Part shown: positions 12,881-26,644 of the stretch, one piece after another | How the letters are laid out: each line of letters begins with the position of its first letter | How positions within the stretch are numbered: the first letter of the stretch is position 1 | DNA from: Lama glama | Taxonomy: Eukaryota | DNA: 64,000 bases | Assembly (NCBI GenBank): GCA_028534125.1 | Contig: CM052816.1 | Span: 60,142,001 to 60,206,000, forward strand | Direction: 5' to 3' | Translations under genes and position numbers: made by a program | The notes under the pieces: model-generated | Databases searched by the model: none | Told to the model about the DNA's origin: nothing | The model's input: only the letters and a program-made list of their open reading frames with translations

Positions 12881-15864
12881 TATATATATATTTTATATAT
12901 ATATATATATATATGAATCACTCTGCTGTAACCAGATATTAATGCAACATTGTAAAGCAACTATACTTCCATTTAAAAAAAGGAAAAACTATGATAAATA
13001 AACACACACACACACAGGGCAGAGAAATTGCCAGTTTTGGAGCAGAAGGATCGAGGCTGGCATTGTGAAGCTGTCAACACAACTGAGCTTGAACGCAAGG
13101 AGGACATGAGAGAGGTCCCCTCTCCAGGTGGGAGAGGCCCACTAGCATCACGTGCTCTGTCCAGCCTGGGGACCTCACAAAGGCCATCAGCTGCAACAGC
13201 AGCAGTCTAGCAGCATGACAAGCAGGCTTAACACTCAGTTCTCATGTGCCCACAAAGCAACAAACCCTCAGATGGGGGGAGGAGGTGACTTTGAAGAAGG
13301 CTTTACTTACTGTTTTTATGGCTCTGAACCTTGCATCATAATAATTTGGTAAAACAAATGAAGAAATATGGAGAAATACAACAATGAGTAAAATTGACCA
13401 TAAAATGCACTTAAATATTCAAGGTTAAGTGGAATTTCAAATGCAAGTAGATTTAACCATCTTGAGGCAAAGGGGAAAGCAGGCATGACCCAAAAAGCAG
13501 AACAAAAACTAAATGTACAGGAGGAAAAAACAAGATAGGACAGTTTAATACCAACTGGTGCCCGTATCTGCAATGGATATTAAATATCTCATTCTTTGCT
13601 AAAGTTGGAGCACAAAACCGTATTTTGGTTTGTACACCCTTGAAAGAAAGCAAACTAGCCCTTGGGTTATTGCTAATAAAGGGCTTAATGAGCCAAACAA
13701 GGTATCCTAGGACCTCACATCACTCCCCAGACTATCATTTATACCTTGAAACACAGAAAAGTAAGTGCACAGGCCTCCCAGACATGAAAGTGGCAGTGCA
13801 CCGGAGTCACCCACAGGGTGACAGCTGACCCAAGGGATGAATGGCGTGGAGACCTGGCAGAAAACAAGACAAAATGCATCAACAACAAAGGATGGTTTGG
13901 GGTTTGTATGTAAATATGTAACACGAGGGCACTTGAACTTTATGAAAACTTCTGGGGTCCACAGATCTATTGTTTCTCCACTGACATGGTTACCTGTCTG
14001 CAGAAATAAATGAGTTTCCAGTGTCTTATCTCATCTTCTCCATCCCCTCACCAATTTCTGTAAGAACTGGTTCTTAGAATGGATGATGGCAGTTCCATCC
14101 CTAAATGGCACTGAGAATGAACTGGGATTGTAGCAGTCACGAGGCCCACAGCTCCAGCCAAATCTCTCTCTATTTTTTATATTTGCCCGGAAAGGGGTCA
14201 GACCACCTGCAGTAGTAAAGAAAGAACACTTGTCAACAAAAAGCAAGGGCAACTCCATTTTATTGGCTCAGGCCCATGACTGTTACACAAGTAAAATGGA
14301 AATCATAGTTTTGAAGCAGAGTAATGGGATTTTCGATGAAGAAGTACCTTATAGATAATCTAGTCCGACTCCATCATTTGACAGATGAGGAAATTAAAAC
14401 AGACTTTCCCAACCACACACAACTGGTTAATAGCAAATCTAGGGCCAGAATTCAAGTCAGTGCCTTTCTGGGCAGATTTGAATAATATTCAGATCAACAG
14501 ACTGTGAGGGACGGTAATGCATGAACTTGTGACACAATCGGAGGAACTAGAGATTTTTAACCTAGAAAGGGTTTATTATGTCCCTAGCTCAGGGACATAA
14601 CAACTATTTTCAAGTACCTGAAGGGCTGGCAAGTAGTAAAAGGGCTTGAACTTGTTCTGCTGGCCTGAGGAAAACAAGGGCTATTGAGGGGAAGTTAGAG
14701 GAAAGACTAGCTGTTCAGTATAACACATTACCTTTTAAATAGTCAAAATTTGCCAAAACAATTCATCAGGAGATAATAAGCTTTCTGTCACCTGAAGCAA
14801 TTCAGGAAAGACTGGAAGATAATGTAGTGTGTATGTTTCGTCCATGGAAAGGGCTGGGTAAGGGGTGTGGAGGAGAAAATTCAGGCATGAAAATCATTTG
14901 GATGAGGTGACCTTTAAGAGTATGTGATTCTTTACAAACTGGGATCAAATAAGGGTTTCATTCTTGCCTCCAAACTCTAAAACCTATCTTCCCATCTGTT
15001 TGTAATAGTTTAAATTTTAATCTATTTCATATTTCAGGGTATTATGCCCTGAATATTTGATTTGAACGCTGTGGCAGGTCACTCATATTCATTTATTTTT
15101 CTTCTTTTACTCTAATACACTTGCTAGTGAGTCTTTTGAATCTATTATGCAAACACATGCAAATCATATGTGAATAGTCTGGCCTCAGAAAATGACAAAA
15201 TCTCATGGCCCTAACTGAGCCACCAAACCTTTCTTTAAGAAGGAGAGTAATATCACCTTTTAAATGTCTCTGGGGCAGGAGACAATTTCCTGAGAGTGAC
15301 ACTTAGACGACGTTGAAATTGGTTACTCAGAGGAGTCTCTGCCTCATATTCTTCATATTTATATAGGACTTTAAGGTTAAGAAAGCTTTTTCACGTAAAT
15401 GATCCCATTTGATCCTCATAGTTACTCTGTGATGTTGGCAGAATAGGAACTGGAATTCCTGTTAAATTACTCATTTGGGAAATAGACTCAGAAAAGTGAA
15501 ATGACGCCCAAGTTTGCTCTGTTGATAAATGGTGGACCTGACGCTTCAAAGTAGCCCTGCGTTTAGTCCAAGGACTCTCCCACGACACTGTGATGCGTAT
15601 CTGTTTAAAGCTATCAGTCTGGGTTTGCTTGGACTGCATTTTGCCAAAAGCATCTTTGAAGGTACTTTTGTTGATGAGGATGGCATTTTAAGGGTGACCA
15701 AAAAAGTCTGTCTGTAGTAGCCCCAGCAAAGCACCAAGGACATAGTTTCTCCAACATCATCTGCTTTTTAGCAACTGCTCTGAAATCTCCGGATGAGGAA
15801 TGTTCTTCCTCCCATCCAGTTCTCAACTTTTTCAGGAGGCAAAATTCTTCCTTAAACTATGGAG

Positions 15865-16110
15865 AGTAATGGTACAGCCTCTGCAGTCAGACTGTCTGGA
15901 TTGGAAGCCCTAATCCACCACTTTCTAGTAGTGTGGCCTTCGAGAGGTCATTTCTCATCTATAAAAGGTCATCAGTTTCTACATCTATAAAATGGGTGAA
16001 ATAATGGCACCTCTGATAGAATATGTGATAAGAAGATACATATAAAACAAAAGAAAACCTGCCCAGAGTTTGACACACAGTGTGTGCTCAGTAAATGGTA
16101 GCTACTATAA
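15865..16110. mobile_element. MIR SINE
   Basis: gcagtcagactg...tgtggcctt...cagtttctacatctataaaatgggtgaaataat...gtgctcagtaaatggtagcta. Confidence 0.75.
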
Positions 16111-16989
16111 TGATTGTATTCACGGTAGTAATGCAGTCATGGTGGTAGGAGTAGTATCTCAAGGCATCATGAACGGTGATATTAAGAACTGGCTCTTGGA
16201 AATGGAATGGGAGGGCATTAATGCCAAGTATCTCCTATAGGCCAAAGGGTTGGAGAATAGACAATGTCTGAGGTGGCTAAAATTCAGTCCAGTGAGGCAT
16301 GCATCAACTTTAACCTTCTTTAATCACTATCACATTTTGCATCACAGTGAGGGTAGTTGCAATCCTGTTTCAAAGCTCTTTCTAAGAAGAAATAGATGTC
16401 AGCCAAGGCTGACATCCTTAACTCTACTCACCCTTAGTAAGACTGCTCTGCTTACAGCCGTGTCCTCTACTTCCCTGGGTCACCTTGGGAGGGAACCAGA
16501 AGGGATTCCACTCCAGCTGCTTTAGCAGCCCTGAATGACAAGGTCAAGGGATGGACTTGTCCTCCTCCTGTACCAAGACCAGGGGTGCATACTGTGGAGG
16601 TGGCCAAGGCAGCAGCAGAGGCACAAGGGGCAGCTCCACTCCCCTTCTGGGGTGACCCTGTTCTCTCTTGCTCTAGTACTCAGCTCCAGTGGATGCCAGC
16701 ACAGGGCTCAGTCCTTCCATCCACCCCCACAGAGTGCTCTGCCCTTCCAGTGTGCCAGGTCCCTCCCCTAGGATAACTAACAAGATGGCCTCCTCTGTGA
16801 GGACAGCCTCCTGCTCCCAGAGCCGTTCTTGTGCAAAGGGACCGGCGGCTGTTGGATCTGGCCAAACTCTTAAAGTTTGTCCAGAGTCACTGGGAACCAT
16901 CACCCGGAGAGTCCATGTGACCAGCCCAAGTGCCTGCATAACTGATTTGTGTTTACCAGGAAATGCATTGGGCCATTCTGGGGCTGGGT

Positions 16990-17045
16990 CCGCAGCTATT
17001 TTGAGCAAGAATGGGTACTATGCAAAAGGGACTTCCCTTTTTTTG
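16990..17045 (+). promoter_or_regulatory. CD180 proximal promoter motif cluster (MEF2-like, octamer-like, NF-kB/ETS)
   Basis: CTATTTTGAG 16996-17005, ATGCAAAA 17020-17027, GGGACTTCCC 17028-17037 overlapping minus-strand AAAAGGGAAGT; about 180 nt upstream of the ATG; no obvious TATA box. Confidence 0.55.
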
Positions 17046-17211
17046 TAGCACAGGGCCACCCAGTGCTGAGCAGTCAGCAGCAGTTTTTGTTTCCAGATCA
17101 TTCTCCTGAGCACCTCTCTGGCTGTCAAATTACTGAGGCCATCATAGCTTGACTGGATTTCTTAGCTCTGGCATTAACTAACCTACCAAGCTGGGCTGCA
17201 CTGGTCCTGCG

Positions 17212-17301
17212 ATGGCTCCCTGTGCTGGCTGCTTCCTGCTGGCGGTGCTGTTTTCTGCCAACTGTAAAGTCATCACCTTCTTAGATCCAATGTGCACTGA
17301 G
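17212..17301 (+). CDS. CD180: CD180 (RP105/LY64) coding exon 1, signal peptide
   Basis: ATG at 17212; translates MAPCAGCFLLAVLFSANCKVITFLDPMCTE (hydrophobic signal peptide); donor GAG|gtgagt at 17302, phase 0. Confidence 0.95.
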
Positions 17302-18262
17302 GTGAGTCTGAACTATTTGTCTTTGTCCAGATTAAACTGCCTGGAAATGTTAAGATTCAGCGTGCAGCCCCATCTGAGCCTTGGCATTCCAATATCCACT
17401 GTCTTTCAAAGGGCAACGAGGTGTGTAGAAGTTTTTCTTTACTGTGAAAGAGAAACCAAAGAGCTCAGCTGGGGTGATGATCTCAAAGATTCATAGTAGA
17501 AAGAAGTGAGAGCTGTTTTCCTAGGCAAATTCCCCCCAAATCATCCCAGTAAGGACGTAAGATGTCAACGGGTCCCAGGGCAAAGAGCAGACCTCCAAAC
17601 CTGCTTCCTAGTGTGCAGAAGCTATTTGTCCAACCTCCCAGCACATGGCCACTTCCCCAAAGAGTCCTCCAGTTTCCTGGCATTCAGGATGGAGATTAGT
17701 AAGACCATCTGTGCCAGGTTTTAGAGCATATAAAAAGCACTCTGAACAAATCTGGCTTTCTCCTTGAATTGGACAGCCCTCCATCTGTTTCACTAACCCA
17801 CAGGAGTAACATCTGAGAATAGAGCCAAGTTGCACCTTCTGTTTTGGACCATAACAGTATTTATCAACCTGTGGGAAGTTCTTGGAGAGGGTGGCGAGAA
17901 AGAGAAAGGAAATGGGCTACTTTCCTTGCCGTCTTCCTCCCGCTACCTCTGATCCCAGCAGGTGTCCAGTACCATGTGGCCTATCGAACAAGAGCTACGG
18001 ACAGGAAGGACCATCAGTCTTGGTGGCTGGGCAGGTTGCTTTCCTATGTTGGGGATGAATGATGAAAAAGAGGCAGGAGTAACATGGCAGAGAAAGGCAG
18101 TGCTTAGGAACAAGGGTTGGGAGAATAAGGGAGAGTGGGGCAAGGACCTGCCAGATAAGAGCAAGAATCAAAGCCAGGGCTGAAATAAGGCCTAGAAGCA
18201 GAAAGCAACAGAACCTTGTATTCAATTGGAATCAGGATGCACACTCAGACTGAGAAGAAAGT

Positions 18263-18634
18263 TATGTTCATTTGCTCGCTGCTATAACAAAGTACCACAA
18301 ATAAGCAGCTTCAACAACAGAAACTTATTTTCGTACAATTCTGAGGGCTGGAAGTTCAAGATCAAGGGGTCAGCAAGTTTATCTTCTTCTGAGGCCTTCC
18401 TCCTTGGCTTGCTAATGGCCTTCTTCTTCTCCCTGTGTCTTCGCATTCTCTCCCCTTCGTACATATCTGTGTCTAAATTTATTCTTCTTATAAAGACACC
18501 AATCATATTGGATTAGGGCCTCATTTTAGCTTAATTACCTCTTTGAAGATTCTATCTCCAAACTCTCATTCTGAGGTCCTGTGGCTAAGACTTCAGCGAA
18601 TGAATTTTAGGGGGACACAAGTCAGTCCACAACA
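18263..18634 (-). mobile_element. MaLR LTR (MLT1B/C-like) in CD180 intron 1
   Basis: gctgctataacaaagtaccacaa...ggaagttcaagatcaagg...gggggacacaagtcagtccacaaca; TSD aaagt/gaagt. Confidence 0.8.
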
Positions 18635-19719
18635 GAAGTGGGCAAGTGAAAGGTTTTCATCAGCCCCAGAAGGTGGTATCCTCATCATTCAGGGTGAAAA
18701 ATCAGTTTCACACAGGCCTGGAGGTGACATGTAAGAGGGTAGGAGTGGAGACACCACCCCCTCAGTTATGAGGTATGTTATGGCATCCACCTTCTGGCAA
18801 CATCCTCAAATGGAATAATATTACCATTAAATTCCAACTTATTGGGAAGCAATCTGTTTTAAACACCCTGCTCTCAAGTCTACCAGTTCACGTCTTAAAT
18901 CCCTGCACTGCAGCAAAGTCTGTACATCCCTTCCAAAGTCCACGAGGGCCCTTATTCCTGGGAGACTTCGGAAAGCCCTGGAAATACTGGACCAGTGTAG
19001 CTTCCTATTGAGGGCACCAGGCCCCAGAGTTACCAGTTCTTTTTTCGCAAATGGTTCCTGCTTTAGCAGAGGGAAGGAGGAAGAGGCATGGAGAGCACCC
19101 TAGCCCTTTTGCTGCCTGTTCAGAGGACTTCCATGCTATTCAGGTGGCAGGAGTAGTGCCAAGGGTCCCAGGAACCCCAGGTCTGGCCTATGTATGCTAC
19201 AGTGAGAAATTTCCTTTCTGGAGAAGTCAAGTGAGACTGAAACCCTCCAATATAATATCCTCCCTGCAGCCCGCCCTCTGAAACGACTCTGATTTTAAAT
19301 GTCTTAAGAACAATTTAATTAATGTTGGATCTTTATTTTTCTTTACATCTTCCATTGTGTTTGAGTTCATGACAGCTGTTTATTGAGCTATCACTTCTAT
19401 GTGAATAGTAGGGAGGGAACTGGGAGATAAACTTGTTTCTGAAGGTAAAGAAATTCTGGGCTTCAGGCAAGAGGGATAAAGTGAAAGTGGTGGGAGAGAA
19501 AGCTTCTGATTTAAGGGTTTGGCCCTTTTTCAGGTGAAAAATCACCCCAGTTTTCCCACCCCTTCCCCTTGCTTTCCTTTCCTCATTCATTCTCCCCTCC
19601 CCCAGTTTAAGTAAAATTAACCACATACTGAACATACGTTCATGTAATTACCACGAGCTTATCAGGCCCCACCCTTAAAACAAGGTTTGTTTTGTTTTCC
19701 TTGTTTTGAGTTCAGTAAA

Positions 19720-20940
19720 CTTTTTTTTGAAGTAAAACAGACACACAGAAAAGTTCACCAATCCTGAGCGTAGAGCTCAATGAGTTCTCACTAAGTGACC
19801 ACATCCATGTAAGCAGCATATGGACTGAGAAACAGAACATTCTCAGCACCTCAGAAGTCCTCTCATGTCTCCTCCTGGTCACGAGCCCCCACGAGCACCC
19901 AGTACTTCTATCACCCTCAATTAATTTTGCCTCCTTTTGAATTTCATATACATGGGAACATACAGCATGTATTCGTTTGTGTCTGGCTTCTTTCGCTCAG
20001 TATCAGACTCATGAAATTTATCAATGATGTCGTGTGCAGCGATCATGTGTTCATTTTCATCATGGAATGGTATTCTGTTGTATTAGTGAAAAACTGTTGA
20101 TTTATCCATTCTGTTGTTAGTAGACATTTGCACTGTTTTCAATTTTTTGGCTATTACGAATGCTACTGCTTTGGACATTCTTATCTATGTCTTTAGTAAA
20201 CAAATGAACAAACATTTATTAGGTGTATATCTGAGTAGATTTATTTGGTCATAGGGTATACAGACTTGTAACTAGTAGATATTGCAAAACAGTTTTTCAG
20301 AGTTTTGGGACCTATCTCTTCTCATCAGCCATGTGTATGAGTTCTGATTGGCCCACAGCCTCACATACATTTGCTATTTTTTGTTGAACACTAGCCATTC
20401 TGATAGATGGGTAGGGATATTTCACTGGGATTTAATTTTTTTTTCCTGATGAATAATTAAATTGAGTACATTTTCATACTTTTCTTGGTCATTTGTGTAT
20501 CTTTTCATGTGTCTGTGTATGTGAAGTGCCTTTTCAAGTCCTTTGCCCATCTTCTCTTGGTTTGTCTGTCTTTTTTTTTTTGATTTGTAGTGTTGCTTTA
20601 TGTATTCTGGATACAAGTCCTTTATTAGGTTGCAAATATCTCCTCCTACCCCATGGCTTGCCTTTTCACTCTTCTAACAATGTTTTTTTAAAGGAATTGA
20701 AGTCCTTAATTTTAATGCAGCTTGATTTATCATTGTTCCTTTATTTTTGGTGCATTTCTGTTCTGTTTAAGAAATGTTTGCCTACCCCAAGGCCATGAAG
20801 ATATTATCATATGTTTTATTCTGGAAGTTTTATTGTTTTGTCTTTATTTTCATTTCTAGGTTTCATATTTAAATTCATAGTCCATCTGGAATTGCTTTTT
20901 GCATATGCTGTGAGGTATGAGTCAGGATAAATTTTGTTAA
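19720..20940 (-). mobile_element. Old L1 (L1M-type) 3' region in CD180 intron 1
   Basis: gtgtctggcttctttcgctcag, tttatccattc, ttctggatacaagtcctttatt, cctaccccaaggccatgaagat are L1 ORF2/3' UTR landmarks in reverse orientation. Confidence 0.8.
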
Positions 20941-23900
20941 TAAACCTTTTTGTTTGAAAAACATTTCAAACTTAGACAAATTCTAAAATATATTAGAAGT
21001 CTTACAATTAACACCCATAAACACTCCACACAGAAACTTTCATTATTAATTATTAAGTGTGTGTGTGTAACATAAGTAACAAAATTAGACCTTTGACCAA
21101 GTGTTTGGAGGCTGACAAATATGCAAAGTGTAGCTGGAATTCAGCGTCCTGTGATTGGATTCTCGTAACATTTTAGATGTATTCTTGAATAATTACTTGG
21201 ATGTGTAGGCATGCCTCCTCATTTCAAATGAGGTCAACTTGGCTATCCTCTCTTCTCAAAACCATGGTAGAAGACAGTCCTTCAGGCCTCAGTAGGAGAG
21301 AGTGCTTAGTAGAACTCTGTTTAAGAAAACTCCGAGTTCATGGATACAAGGGCTTCCCAATAGCTTGAGACAATGTCAGGGATGCTGTGAAGACCCAGTG
21401 CAATGCTAACTTATCTTGTGAGTGCTTGATGTACCTTATCTCAGAATACTCAGAGCTGGCCTGGCAAGAGGGGTTATTATCCTCAATCTACAGTTAGGCA
21501 AAAAATAAGGCTCAGAGAACACAGGTTCATGGTTGAGAGCTGGGATCTGAACCCCAGCCATTTGCCTCAAGACGCACAGAAAATGAACCGTATATAATTG
21601 GAATGCCCTTTGCTTGGAGGAGTGAGATTGAAACAAAGTTTTAGAGCTGTGATCTCTTGGGAGCGTTTTATTTTCAGAGAGTAATTGTTACTCTGGGACT
21701 TGGCTCAGTCAAATTGCTAGCTCTGGATAGAGAAGTAATTAATGAGGGAGGGTTGGGGTTCAGTGTCCCAGACTCCTTGTGCTTGGGGGAGCTGGTTGCT
21801 ATGTGAGCCAAGTGCAGAGAAGACGTCGGAACAGGTGGGAATCAGCACTTGCGTTAAACTCACAGGGTTCTAAATTAGAAAATGATTTCAACCCTTGTGA
21901 GGAGAGAAAATACTGCAGGATGGCAGAGAGTTAGAGACAGCAGAAAGGAGCAAAATCAGATCCTGATTGAAAAAATGCAAATGAATACCTGGAGGGAAGA
22001 GGGATTGCAGACACAGATGCAGCACTTGGGAGTCCTGCTCTGTAGAAAGGCACAGCTCAGAGCTGGAGCTGGAGACAAAGGGACTGGCACAGGTCCCAGG
22101 GCACCACAGGTTCTGAGCAAACGCCCACGACTTAGAATGGGGGTGGGCCTGGGGCAGCTATTGGGAATACCGTGTGGCTTTGCCTCAGCCCTGCTGGCTG
22201 CGTAAGTTCACATCCAGAAGGGTCCTGCCTGGGATGGAACCAGCCAAAGCAGAAGAGTGAGAAAGTGACTCAGGAAACTGACCTCAGACTGAGGTCTAGT
22301 GAAGAAACCTGGGGCTATAGGAAGTGATCACGTGGGGCTCAGAGAAACCACAGGGGCTGCGAAAGTGGTGGTGGGTTTCTGCCTGGAAATGCAACTAAAC
22401 ACATAGTTTTGGCCGCCAGCCCAGCCCTGTGCCAATAGCAGCGGCCACACAGTTGGGACCCAGCAGTCCTCTTCTACACCACCCTCTCCAGCTCTGTTAC
22501 ATTACCATTCTGCTGTCCGGGAACCCTGTGCTATGCTATCAGAACTTGCCCTCAGAAAGTTTTACTGTGAATCCTGACAGCGAAAAAGACACCATCTCCC
22601 TGATATGGTGCTGCACAAAATGTATAACCTTAATCAAATCATGAGGAAACATACAAACACCAAATGATGGATATTCTGCCAACTCTGAGCCTGGATTCTG
22701 AAAAAAATAAATCAATGCCAGGAAAGATAATGAGAGGCTGAGAATCAGCTCAGATGAAAGAAGACTAAAGAGACCTGGGAACTAAATGCAACAATTACAC
22801 AGGAGTGTGAGTGCCACAGGAGACCAGCCCAGGACAGTCTCTGAAATGCATGTGGTTTTCAAATTTTCTTATGAGCTCTGATTCTTGTCATTTGCCTCTT
22901 TCTTTAGGAATCAAGGGCAGAGAGTTCACTGCAGATTAGCTAACTGGAGATTATCGAATGTCGTGACCCAGGCTCACGGTGGACTTCTCAGCACCCCTAG
23001 GGAGGGTTATGCACTGGTTCCCGGGGTTTTCACTGGGTTGAAACTGAGCTACTTCATTTCCCTGCCTTTCCATTTGCTAGGCGCGCCCTCACGTCACTGA
23101 CTCAGGAGAACTCCTGCTCCCTTCCAACTTTGGGAATCACATTAATGTAATAAAGTGCTTACTTAGTAAAGCACACAAGAGAAGTAATTTAGATGTCATG
23201 GGCATTTTCATATTCTGGCAAAGGAGGGAACTGCCAACGTTGAGCCTGTTCCTGTAGGGCCAGAACAGAGTGAGACAAATTGAGGAAAGGCCCCCTTTCT
23301 CCACATGTGTATGACATTTCTTAAATCAATGGAGACCAAAAAAGAAAAATGTCTCCTCAAACTAATCTGAACCTTAGCAGCTACACATACATTTTGCCTC
23401 TGGGTCTTCCATGTTCGTGGGCACTGAAGAGGGGCCTAACAGCAACTGTTTTCCCCTACCAGTCAGTTAAGTAAAAGTTTTAAATGCAAAATGTGCATGT
23501 CAAGGACATTATGTGGATTTGTGGCAGTGCCCTGAGGACTTTGGGTCTATGAAACAAAGGATGAATTACAAGAAAATGTAAGTATGACATTTTCATTAGT
23601 GACTTTCCTAATACTGTCACAATATAGAAGAAAACCAGTGATTTCCTGTAAATGAGCATGTTCACTGTAGCTACAAAAAAGTGCCAAGCTAAGCAGAAGT
23701 TGGACTGGAAAAAGCAAAAAGCAATTCAGATGGCGACACCTCTCAAAACGTCACACTTCAGAGCAAAGGCAGATGTGTGTGGTCTTCCGTTTTCAGCTAA
23801 GGAGACCTGTTTGCAACTTAGCATGAGGAAAGCTACTGATTTAGCGTTTGATGGGGCAGGTCTTTCCTAGACCCTGCAGTCTCAGTGGAGCCTCTAGTGA

Positions 23901-25026
23901 GACCACTGTGTGGCCAGGAGAGAAGAAGGCCTGAGAGGCTGGGTGAAATCACATGGAGCCTGAGATGATCTGAGAGGTAGCCCATGGCTCTGGGGTGTCA
24001 GTCTTCTTTGTGTCTCAAGTGTACTTTTCTTGGAGATTATTTCTATCCTAGGAGTCTCCCCATGCAAAATATACCTCATCAGGCCTTCATATTCACCCCA
24101 CTATCCTTTATCCTAAGGCATCATCCAGATGAATTATGAGCCCACAATTCTATAGGCTTCTACCTAGCCCCCTTCTGTTTTTACCTAATTAGTCCAAGAT
24201 CTATAACTTGAGTTAGGGAATTTTGCAAACAGTGTTTGGCAGATATCAGAATATATGACTCTCCTGGGACCCAGGATGACAAATTCCTCTGAATTTATGT
24301 GCAGGGCTGTGCCCAAATGGTGGGTCTGGTATCCACAGCCTGCAGTTCCAGAGATCCAAAACCGACTCAGGCTTCAAGATCACAAGACCTTGTGACCTAA
24401 GGTCTGGGCCACACTGCTAGTTTTTTTTCTTTTTTTTTCTTTTAAACATTGTATTAAGAACATTTCTAAATATACACAAAAGCAGTTAGTTACAAGGAAT
24501 CTTGTGTATATCATCCCACATTCAATAATCACCAACATTTTGCCTACCAGTTTCATCTCTCCACTCCCTCTCCTTTTGCCAGAGTATTTTAAAGCAAATC
24601 CCGAGCACTGTGTCATTTTGCCTCTAACTACTTCAAAATGCAACTCAAAACAAGATCATTTCTCTTACATTATTGCGAGGTCACTATTATTGACAAAATT
24701 CACAATTCCTTAATATTCTCTAATATTCTGTTCTCGTTTAAAATTCCCTGATGGTCTATAAAATGTCTTTTCCCAAACGCTTTATTTGAATTAAAACCTA
24801 AACAAGGGCTACTCTATTATCCGTTGCGCATGTCTCTTCGGTAGCTTGTATACCTCTCTCTCTTTATAAGAGCAGCTCCTCTCTTGTCCCACCCCCTCAC
24901 TCTCCACTTCTACCAACATTATTCACACGTTGACAAAACAAAGTCTGTTTTTCCATAGACTGCCCCACCTTCTGCATTTGGCTGACTCCTACCTTCACAG
25001 GCAGACTGAAAGTTAGGCCCAAAGTC

Positions 25027-25214
25027 TTTTTTTTTTTTTTTTTAGGTATAAGAATTTTAAAATTTAATCAGTTTTCCCAATTGTAATCACAGGTTAGATA
25101 CTGATATAGCAGTTTGGAGACATGAAAGAAAATCAGCCCACATCATACTTATTGGATTCACTGTGGGCGCATGCCTTGTTCTGTGAGCTAATCTTGTTTA
25201 CATTCTTTTTTTTT
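25027..25214 (-). mobile_element. Orphan polyadenylated retroposed insert (3' transduction or truncated retrocopy)
   Basis: T17 at 25027-25043, minus-strand ATTAAA 19 nt before it, T9 at 25206-25214, TSD tctt. Confidence 0.65.
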
Positions 25215-25372
25215 CTTGATTGGATTCAAGGTTAATCTTTTTTTTGGCAATACCTCACAGGTAGTGCTATGTACATTATACAGCATCACATCAGAAAGTG
25301 TGTACTATCTGATTGTCTTCTTTTGTTGAAGCTAATCTAGAGTCGATTTATTTGTTTTGAAATGTTTTCCTT

Positions 25373-25468
25373 CAAAATCAAAACTGTAAAACAAAGTACA
25401 TTCAGAGAAGTCTTATTTCCAAAATCAAAACTGTAAAACAAATTACATTCAGAGAAGTCTTATTTCCA
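25373..25468. repeat. 47-bp tandem duplication, 2 copies, 1 mismatch
   Basis: caaaatcaaaactgtaaaacaaa(g/t)tacattcagagaagtcttatttc starts at 25373 and again at 25420. Confidence 0.95.
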
Positions 25469-25953
25469 TCCCTATCCTTCTCTCTGGCTCCTTCTCTTCC
25501 CGAAATATAACCAGTTTGGAGTTTTTCCCCAGTTTCTTTTTCCAAATATAAGAAAACACACACGTACCTTTCTTACGTACTGTATACTACAGTAATAGAC
25601 ATTCTGCACCTTGCTTTTTTCACCTTGGAATAAATCTGCATATCACTCCATAGCAGTGTGTGGAGATGGTATTTACTCCTTTTTCAGCTGCGGAGGGTTC
25701 CATTTTGTGAATGTACCACATTTTGTTCAACTAGTCCTAAATGGATAGATAATCTGGTTATTGTCAATCTTTTGTTATTTCAAAAACTACTAAAATGAAT
25801 AGTGCTATGCATAAGTCATTTTGTGTTTTCCCAGTTTTATATTTGGTAAAGATTCCTAGAAGTGGGATTGCTGCTCAAAGAATAAAACGTAATTTTGCTA
25901 GTTAGCCAACCAAATTACTCTTTGATATAAATTTACGTTTTTTCTCTCATCAG

Positions 25954-26120
25954 AAAGAAGCCAGCAGAGCATATAACTGTGAAAATTTAGGTCTCAAAGA
26001 AATTCCTGACACTCTACCAAATACAACAGAATTTTTGGAATTTGGCTTTAATTTCTTACCTACAATTCAAAATACAACCTTCAGCAGACTTACAAATCTT
26101 ATCTTTTTGGATTTGACCAG
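25954..26120 (+). CDS. CD180: CD180 coding exon 2 (LRR-NT and first LRRs), 167 nt
   Basis: Acceptor tttctctcatcag|; reads KEASRAYNCENLGLKEIPDTLPNTTEFLEFGFNFLPTIQNTTFSRLTNLIFLDLTR; donor AG|gtatgt, phase 2. Missed by the ORF track. Confidence 0.96.
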
Positions 26121-26644
26121 GTATGTATTCTAAATCTTTGTGTGCTTGATGTTTTACTTAAGTGAAAACATGACTTGCACTCAAATTGTTTCCAGCACTT
26201 TCTTTTGGGCCACAGGGACAACCTGCTTTTTCTGCATGTTTACCCTTTCCCATTAAATATTTTTAGGCAGGTAAAATATAATTTAAATAAGTGCCAGTCA
26301 ATGGAGAGGAAAGTGGATTGTTCTCAAACTGGACTGTGTCGGCAGTGCTGCTTAAGAAATTCTATAGACTATCAGTAACAAAATTGAATATAAATCTTGT
26401 ACTAAATCAGATGCCACATCATACTACATTTTAGCATAGCTGAATATTAATGGATGTGGCATTTTAGGAAAAGTTTACAGGAGAAATACGTATCATCTAC
26501 TTTTTCCCCCCTAAAATTGGGAAAAGAGTTTCATTACTTGGTTTTAGAGGCAGACTTAGTATTCCAAATGCTGAACTAGTGCTTGTTAATCAGTGGGCAG
26601 AAGTATCACAAGAAAATAAGGGAAGAGAGCAAAAGGGAAAGGCA

